This document shows positions 53,301-64,000 of a stretch of DNA of 64,000 nt, one piece after another. The position numbers and the translations under genes are program-made. Below the pieces are notes generated by a model. It was not told where the DNA came from, ran no database searches, and saw only the letters and a list, made by a program, of their open reading frames with translations. Every line of letters starts with the position of its first letter. Position 1 is the first letter of the stretch. The stretch covers positions 310,001-374,000 of the forward strand of contig JASANG010002922.1 of NCBI GenBank assembly GCA_030248215.1, written 5' to 3'. The stretch comes from Enoplolaimus lenunculus. Taxonomy: Eukaryota.

Positions 53301-53616
53301 AACTCAACACTCCATTACAAGTCAGTCGGAATTGAAATTATGGTCCATGCTAACTATTCGTGCCCTGCCTGCTAAGCTTAATCCTACGCTTAATCCAATA
53401 CGCAAGCATAAGCATAATCCTAACGGATCAAACAAATGTATCATAGCCAGATAGGATAGTAAACAATCCTTCAGATTTTGTTCTGTGCCTGATCGAGTTA
53501 AACCATTCACTCAAACGCAGCTTAACATTGAAACTCGAGTCGACATATAAACGAGTTGATTTCAGCGAATTCTCTATCGAGTGCTAAAAGAGAAGAAAAC
53601 GGCCGAGTTTGACTGA
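39175..53616 (+). CDS. ALMS1: ALMS-motif protein (ALMS1-like centriole/basal-body protein) with polyQ tract, ~1363 aa, 10 exons
   Basis: Exons 39175-39470, 43820-44658, 45294-46646, 47443-47720, 48906-49226, 49683-49894, 50725-51136, 51860-52089, 52841-52940, 53566-53616 (4092 nt, phase-consistent; first exon least certain). The C-terminus GVAWYVDVDN...SLQESLSDQRPKFI...EMVRQTKRKYKQLPEYQQKR...NRIMAKMYNERILYRVL matches human ALMS1 as recalled: GVSWFVPVEN...TLQESLQFHRPDFI...EMIQRSKRIYEQLPEVQKKR...YRLRAQLYKKRVTNQLL. The symbol means 'ALMS1-like'; orthology is not proven. Confidence 0.8.
43499..43657. mobile_element. Family A MITE
   Basis: AGCCAATGTAA...TTACATGGGCT; perfect TSD CATAATTT. Confidence 0.9.
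44236..44367 (+). repeat. (CAA)n microsatellite encoding polyglutamine
   Basis: Long pure CAA run within exon 43820-44658; a shorter CAA run lies at ~43835-43885. Confidence 0.97.
46948..47020 (-). pseudogene. tRNA-Thr(AGT)-like sequence, second copy of the 253-bp unit
   Basis: Reverse complement GGCTGCGCAGCTCTGTGGTTAAAGCAGCGGACCAGTAATTTGTACTGCGTGGGTTCGAGTCCCACCATATCC; flanks are homologous to 19716-20183. Confidence 0.65.
49906..50251. mobile_element. Foldback MITE with 7-bp TSD (P/Galileo-like), family F
   Basis: CAAGAG...CTCTTG with long TIRs; perfect 7-bp TSD GTTTCAT. Copies at 48042-48373 (CTTTTAT/CTTTGAT) and 15593-15909; partial copies at ~11260-11693 and ~12762-12840. Confidence 0.8.
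51120..53616 (+). CDS. ALMS motif (end of exon 50725-51136 plus exons 51860-52089, 52841-52940, 53566-53616)
   Basis: APSLQ|ESLSDQRPKFIMDCKRRQRKI...PLAEMVRQTKR|KYKQLPEYQQKRIDERAAFEKTTNRIMAKMYNE|RILYRVLKEKKTAEFD*. Confidence 0.85.
53077..53268. mobile_element. Family A MITE
   Basis: GGCCCATGTATAGAACAGG...CCTGTTCTATACATGGGCC; TSD 6/8. Further copies at 53866-54042 and 55335-55480 (TSD AATATTTT/AATATCTT). Confidence 0.85.
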
Positions 53617-56600
53617 AAATGAAAAAAAATAGTGTGAACGCAATACAGAGTCAACAGTACAGTGAAAACAGAAGTCGTAGTTGCACAGTCTAGAAAGCAC
53701 ACGAGAGCAGACGGTGATAGGTTTTTATGAAGTGTTACAAGTTATACATTGACAACAAATGTGTAGTCGGATTTCGGTCACTATGATCACTAAACTTCTC
53801 GTTTTGGTGTAAAAACAGTGTAACCGAATATTCTTTTCCAGGCGTCGATAATGAATCCGCTATCCGGCCCATGTATAGAACAGAGCCGTATCGTTTTCCG
53901 AAGGGGCTATAATAGTGTCAGTTAAAGCTTTAGACTTATTTTTTGCTTAGGAGGGCTTAGGCTTAGCAATAGGCTCATCGATGCGCTTAGGCTTAGGAAT
54001 ATGCTTATACTACTGTTCCGGACCTGTTCTGTTCATGGGGCCGCTATACAAATGCCACTAAATCCTATTCTTGAAACAATCGGCCATTCAGCAGAATTGG
54101 ACCGTAATGCAGCATGAGCCCAGGTGTAACCGGCGGTGTCGATTTCCGTTATAGAAAAACCGAAAATTCTATTATTTTTTACGCTCAAATTTGGTCAGTA
54201 ATCAAGTATACATCTCACAATTTATCATCAGATATATGATGCAATTGTTCGAAATAAAAATTATGAAATTCATGCAAAATCTTAAAAATTTCGATTCATC
54301 CGCCGTTTCTTTAAAATTTTAGAAATCCTGGTGAATATTTTCACGACGCAATTGTATTGGCAGAAAAATATAAAATTTTCGAAACTATTACGCTTCAAAA
54401 TCCGTTTCCGTTATTTTGATTACTATCCGTTTCCGTTATTTGTACTATCCGTTTACACCCTGGTAAGGTCCAATGAATAGAACAGAATGTACCAGGGTGT
54501 CACCGAATATCCGTTTCCCAGGGTGCAAACGGAGGTGAAAAATGCCGGAGGTCAACAAAATTTGCCGGAGCCGGAGGTGAAATTAGGTAGTAAAAATGGT
54601 GGTTTTTAATTTAGCCAATATCTGCAATATGTTGTTAAGTTGTTTGGTTTTACGCTAATTTCATGGCGAAATTTCGGAAATTCTTTTCTGAAAATTGTGA
54701 CAGAAGTAAAACGATACGCGCTAAACAGATAAATTTTGCAAAATTATGGAAAAGTTTACTCCCGAAAGTGCCGGAACCCCCGGCAAAAATTCTTCCGAAC
54801 CCCGATATTCTGCCGGAGACAGACCTCCGATTGTACCCTGCCATTTCCTACTTTTTACAGACCCACCTGAAACCGAAACGCCCCTTAAAGTAACATGGAC
54901 CGTGATCATAAACGTCACTCATACCAAACACGCCAGTTGTTTTTCAATCTGACGATTTAATTGCGCAAGGTTGAGTTTCATTCCTAGTATGCTCAAACAA
55001 CACAAGTAATGTACCAGTTTTTACTCATGGGTACTGCAAAAACAAGTAGATGAAGAAAACATGAATGAGACAATGAATGCAGTTGCAAAAGTATGAAATA
55101 GATATTACAAGATGAAAACCATGACGATAGGTTTTTATGCGTGTAACGCTTCTGAAGTAAACCAATTATCTGTCTGCTAGAAATACAAATTCGTCAACGA
55201 TTTCACACCAAACAGTAAATTTTCGACATTACGTAACTTTCTGTTTTGCATGTAAAGACAGTGAAAACACCCAAAAAAGATATTTAATTATATATACGCA
55301 AATATCCACGAGCGGAAGATTCCCTCAATATTTTGGCCCGCGTCGAGATCAGTGGCGGAACCTTTTTTGTGGGACTAGAAAAGAGTAAGCTTAAGCTTTA
55401 GACAAATTTTTTTGCTTGGTTTAGTCTTGGATTAGGAATATGCTTATAATACTGTTCCGCCTCTGTTCTTTACATTAGCCAATATCTTTCAAAAATTGGG
55501 TTGAATTTTGCTGTTTGAAATCAATGATTTTTGCGTACTGACTTACAACACTGCGCTTACCGTAAAAATAGCGGAATATCCGATAGTCCTATAACATACC
55601 CGGACAGTGATTGTTACGGGAACCTGACACTTAAGTTTCAATATGAGCGACTTGTTATATCTGAGCAGCCTTTAAACTACAAGAGTAGTTGTGCAAACTC
55701 AGTAAAACCTGTAATTTCAAAGAAACGGAAATAAAATAAAATTCGAAACATAACACGCAAAGCCAGAACATTATAGAATTAAAACACTGCGTCATGTACA
55801 TATTTGGAAATATAATGCATTACATGTAAACTTTTCCTACTATAAATCGTTTTATATCTAATTATGCAATGCGCTTATTACATATACGTCCCTCCTTGCA
55901 GTACAGATAATAGTGTGTAAATAAAGTAACCGGATTTTAAAAATACTAAAAGTTCGATTGGAACGGTAAATTACAAATATTTTGCCCATTCCAAGTAAGC
56001 TATTCTGGATCAAACAGAAATTATTCGTGTTTAACACAAAGAAGCAAAAGACATCAGATACACAATACAGAAAATACAACGATTCGTTCATGCACCAATT
56101 AATATGGGAGTCATTAAATCAGAGTGCAGCAGAAACCTCAACCGAAGAAAAGAAAAAATTCACTAATTTTTACCGAAATATTTCAAATATACATTTGGTT
56201 TTGAAATGCAATTATGTCCTTTTTAACTTTTGTACTGAAACGAGCCAACTGATTAGTGCTAAAGATTAGGCAACTGGAACTACGATTGAAATTCTAAATA
56301 CAATATAATTTCTGTTTATACCCCGCGCTAAATATAATGCATATAATCACTACACAAATAATAGCAGTAAAGAGCAAAATGTAGGCGACCCAGTCATAAT
56401 TTACAAACATTCAGTTATTAACGGTGATACTTTTACCAAAGTAATGATTAATTAATACGAACAATGTGAAATAATTAGAGACCCAAACAATTTACGAGGT
56501 TTTATTTAAATCTGTTGCCGAACATTTAATGTTAATAACAAAGTGCAGCCGGAATTCCGGCTCCGGGAAATTTTGACGTTCCGGTTGCGGTAAATTTTTT

Positions 56601-57229
56601 TACCAAAATTAAAAATTGTGGTATTAAATTGTGGTCGGTGGGAATTAAGATATTTTACTAAAAATGACGATAAAAATACAGTAAATTTCATTCGTATAGT
56701 ATAGAAACCTTGACAATCGCCGAAAATAAACCATCGAAAGTATATTGCGCTTCCGTGGATTATTAAAATCTAAAAGACAGCAGATAAGTGAATACCTAGC
56801 TCCAACTAAGGGTTAGTTCACCAATAATATTGCAAAAAAGAAAATCAAAATGAAATTTTTCGTGGCATGTATTTTTCATTTTCCGGTTCCGTTTCCGGTA
56901 ATTTTTTCAAATTCCGGTTTTGGGTTGCACTCTGGCTAACACAATTGAAGATAAGACTGTCCCCAGCGCAAAATAAAGAGCAAAATTTTTATAACTTAAA
57001 CACCAGCTACATGCGTAAACAGTTCATATCTAAAAGTTTTAGGAACACTTTTCAATCAAATGCAAAATTAAAAACAAAATAACATATAACTGATAGCACC
57101 TGATACTATTAAGCCCTGTTGACATATATTACGCAAGTTTGCAAAACTCGCAGCAGATGGTGGTGTGAAATTTTTCATCCATCATCCACGACTAGATTCA
57201 CAATCAATCCACCAATCTGTCACACCCGA

Positions 57230-58330
57230 AAATGTTCAACCTCTCGAATAAATAACTGGTCAGATCAAACTCAACAGCGAGTCCATCGTCTTAATCAACG
57301 TATACGTACGTATGCATACCGCCAGCAAGCAGCTGCTCACCAAGCTAAAAGCCATTACCTTCGGAGATGTCAACGCCCACTGCGAGGCATGCTACTCCAA
57401 ATCGAAGAAGACTCCCGCGGCCGTCTGTTATGCGAATCGATTGATGACACACAACTGTGTCGCAATTGCTGAACCAATCTAACCTCCCTACGTTAAGCCT
57501 CCGGTGGACACATTCTTACCTCAGTGGACGCCAAACCTAAGTGTAGTCCCGAGGCCAAAAATCCAGCTTATGCAATCTCAACCAAGGAGTACCCCAGGGC
57601 TGCGTCATGTCGCTACTCCTGTGTCACGTTTTATCTGCGACCAGCCAACACCGCCAGAAGGTATTGCAATAACCAGCTATGCAGATGACTTCATTGTTGT
57701 AACAACGGGACCTGACATTGATGTCATGGAAGTACAGTTGACAGACTAGCGAGGTACATCGTTAGCTTACAGGAAACATGCTTAGTTTTTTTTACAGAGG
57801 ATGTTCGTGCCGGGGCAAGTGAGTTCAATCTTTCGCAGATGGTTTCTCCAGCACGCTAACTGAAGTCATCACTGGTATCATAGCATCAAGCTGGCATCAA
57901 ACGTCTCCTCAATGACAAAACGATCCCTAAAGCAGTCTACAAAGCGGGTCTCAAAACACTATGCACAAGATCGTTAACCATGCAAAGGATATCTACATAC
58001 ACAATATTGTGTTGGCCGGCTACCCCGATCAATAAGTAGGCGAAAGGAAGTTTCCAAGGTCAACTAGGTGCACCCTACCTCAATTACGCTGCGGTTTAGT
58101 GCAACAAGCTGAACAACAGGAAGAAAAGGTGTGGGTCAACCAATGGAACGATGACAGATGCCCTGACAGTGCATCGGAAGGAACGTACCACTGAATATCT
58201 GTTTAACTGATACGCGAAGCTCACGACGTGAACAGTCATATCACTTTGGACAAACCCGATGGAGGACGCTAGTTTTCTTGGTCTGAAATATTGATGGAAT
58301 CATGTTATGGCTACAAAAATAACAACTCCT
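57230..58330 (+). mobile_element. Decayed, internally deleted non-LTR retrotransposon (APE endonuclease + RT remnants)
   Basis: Remnants ...TFGDVNAH (APE), PPEGIAITSYADDFIV (RT catalytic motif), and C-terminal PRSTRCTLPQLRCG...DRCPD...SLWTNPMEDASFLGL; short AAC-like tail; frameshifts and stops. Confidence 0.8.
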
Positions 58331-61085
58331 GCAAATTTCCGTTGCAAGAAATATTTACGTGTGAACAAGGCTTTACTAATATTTTTTTCCTTAAAAACGC
58401 TTTCAAACCCTGGAATTTCTATTTATTGCCACAATAGATGTTAAGCCAGCTTGATATTCGAATTAATTCAAGACCTTTGCATAAATTCAAAATTTTGAAT
58501 TAATTTAAAAAGCACTCAGCATCACTGTTCTGCTTGGCCAATCAAAATGCAGGCGCACAAATTCAAGCGACAAGTAACTGTATTTACATGTGCGACAAAT
58601 TTAATAGTCAATTCCCGTGAATAAGTTGTAGCTGCAACAACTCCAAAGTTGTTTTGTAACCGAACTTGCATAAGCAAGAATTTACAGGGCAACTACCAAT
58701 ATAAGGCGGACAACTGTATCAATTGAGAACAAATGGTAAAGTTCCTGACGATCTGCGTGTCTCAAAACACTCAGTGGCCATAACAAAACCAGCGTTCAAA
58801 TCCATTGGATTTTCAACTATTGTAGTATCGTTTGTAACAAAAAAGCAAATCAACTATCCGCTACGTCATCCGCAGATATGTCACTTTACATTTTAGCGTC
58901 GATCTGTATCTTAACCAGGGTTGTTTTGCGGAAAAAAATGACCGGAAAAAATGAATTTTTTCCGGAAAAAAAACTGAAAAAATTCAAAATTTGTCTGGTG
59001 ATTGGTTATCTCAGCCTTAGCCGACGATTGCCCAAAAATGCTTGTATTTTAACACTTTTTTGCGTATTTGAGCTTCTGATGGCATCCCCTGATCATTCCA
59101 TACACAAATCTTTCTGCAATGAGAAGTCTGATTCACTAGTGGGTTTTCCTGTAATCAAAGCCTCTCAATTGCTAGAACCTCGCGGGCAAATCGTGATTGA
59201 AGCTATACGTATTCTTGTGTTAAATCATACGGTAAAAGCAAGTTTTGAATTAATTTTGAGCGACGTAACTTTGGCCCCACTGTCGACGAAACCACGGAAC
59301 AAACCAAACAAAACGAAATGAGTCCCATTAACCGCAAACCACAAAACCTCCTCCCCTCAATATACACACGTTCACTGTCAATGTGTTGCACGTAAATTAG
59401 TTACATTTCATCTAAAAACTTTATTTTATATTATCATATTCAGTGGCAAATTATATTTAAGAACTGTTTAATATTATTCCATTTTTTCCTACCCCTCTCG
59501 GAAAAAAATGAAAAAACATTTTTCCGGTATTTTTTTCCGGCCAACAACCCTTATCATCAAACCCAGTTATCCTCCTGGGATACGTTTGGTTCTGTTCGCG
59601 CTTGCGGCTTGTTACTACAAAATTACTAAACCACTGTTTGAAATCTGTCATAATTTTGGCAATGAAACAGGATAGTCTATTTTACCGCATGCATATCTGA
59701 AGTGCCCAAAAATATTATGACAGCGGGTGAATAATTGGTCTCAGACCCATACTTATGCGAGTACCGCAGCTGCGACAAATCGCTGACCGATGACCGGTGC
59801 TGCAGGCAAGTCTGGAGTTGGTCGCAACTCCTCTGTAGTCCAGCCATGCAATATTTGTTGTCCGAACAAGTGTTTGGGCGTCGCAGTCTCAAACGGCAGC
59901 AGTTTCTAATTTTGCTTGTGTTTTGTGGAAAGGTCTGCTAAGACAGTGACTGCGCCAACCAAATCAGCTGACAAGCATGAAAACAGCGAAAACTCCAAAA
60001 CTGGGGCACTTGCACAAGAACTTCAATGGCAACTATGCCGTAATGACATAAACTACTGTTGCAGTAGACCTCATGGTTATCGCTAGCTCATTCTGTACCG
60101 AGCGTTAATTATGTCGAATCCTTTTGACATTTGTGAAATCAGTAAGGGATGGGAAAATATCGACTACGATGGTTTGTACAGTCGATTCGAAACAACTGTT
60201 AAAACCGTGCTGCAACTGAAAGTCGAGAATTAATGCAACGCCAAATGGTTGAGACTTGCAAACGACTCAGAAATCAAAATAGGTACCGCAGATAGATTAA
60301 GCTTCCAACCTTTGTAACGGACAAAGGACGTAAAACGTATTGTTTGTAAGTTAAATGACAAGCCTCAATTTTCGTGGAGGTGTTAGACTTTAGTTGGCTG
60401 CGCACTCAGGGCTAAGGTTTGAGTTTGCATTCTACAATTAACCAGCACGCACATAGTTTGGGTTTCCGGAACCTAGTACCGATCATAATAAGCGTTATAA
60501 TACCAACCAGCAAACCAATATTATACAAACAAAGCACTATGCAATCTTATTCATAACCGATTGTACTACATTAACGCAAATCAGTTTTTGCTAATGGAAA
60601 AACTAAAACATGTTTCAAAAGCTAGCAATACATTCTAAACAACCTAATACGCACTAAACATGTCAATATATGCATTTGTTTGCCAACTAAATAATTATCA
60701 CTATAATAGAAATAATACCTCGCTTGTTGAAAATGTCGTAAAGTTCAAAATATTCGCTCATATGGAAATCTTCAATCGTACTATGCAGCATATAAAACAA
60801 TCAATTACAGCATATTGCAAATCACAACGCTGCCGGAGCGCTAATTTACTTTGGGGAGGGGCGCGGGTTCGTGTTTTGAACAAAACTGAACCCAGTGTGC
60901 AAATAAAGTTCTATAGTTCCGATTCGGGTATAAATTTCCAGTTTCAATTTCGGTATAATTCAGGTCCGTTTTCCAGCCTGAGCAAAATTTTAGGTGCCAA
61001 GTGGGCCATGTCTCACAAACCAGAGCTCTCCCAATCTTTTTTACAGTATCCGGCTTGATGGTAATTGCAATGTTCAAATACATTT

Positions 61086-63639
<2,554 letters not shown>

Positions 63640-64000
63640 CTGAAATAAAAAATATATACGTAATATAAGTAATATTCCATTTCTTAACTCTAGAAATTTA
63701 GATGCGAACGACGAATGGATTTAGTTAGGAAGTGCGTTGAAAATTGGTACATTTTAAACGCTAAGAAAACTGTTGCATTACAATTGCAAACAATTTTTAA
63801 AGACAAAAATTGCACGAATTTGCATCTATCGTAATTGCGGTTACATAATAGAAAACAATGTAAAACGGAAACGATCTTAAAATCGATATATGTTTCACTC
63901 GTGTAGGCTTAAGGTATTCTATGCCGAGCGCCTTTAGCCTCTCTTAGTAGGAAAGTTTAAATACGTAATAAGGAAATTCGTTTACTAAAACGACGAAAAA

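Noticed and set aside
57119..57749. Intact retroelement or host RT gene
   Set aside because: Only fragments with frameshifts and large deletions.

Overview
Repeat-rich, AT-rich eukaryotic genomic DNA. It is most likely from a nematode, inferred from the pervasive TTAGGC repeats, TTTCAG-type splice acceptors and a TWK-family channel. Three spliced genes can be assembled by hand with phase-consistent GT-AG junctions. (1) A 15-exon (+) two-pore K+ channel (K2P/TWK) of about 874 aa, with non-canonical selectivity filters (TSLGYG / LKIGFG) and two C-terminal FN3 domains, at 7816-24993. (2) A 10-exon (+) polyQ, low-complexity protein of about 1363 aa ending in a clear ALMS motif (ALMS1-like centriolar protein), at 39175-53616. 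(3) The last three exons of a (-) HP1/chromobox gene at 61086-63639, with the chromodomain beyond the window end. Introns and intergenic DNA are packed with short, often nested non-autonomous DNA transposons. These include about 30 copies of a GG...CC-ended, 8-bp-TSD MITE carrying telomeric TTAGGC arrays, plus hAT-like, TA-TSD, 7-bp-TSD foldback and piggyBac-like families. There are also tRNA-derived repeats and a decayed non-LTR retrotransposon. Most short ORFs in the ORF track are artefacts of repeats or of read-through into introns.
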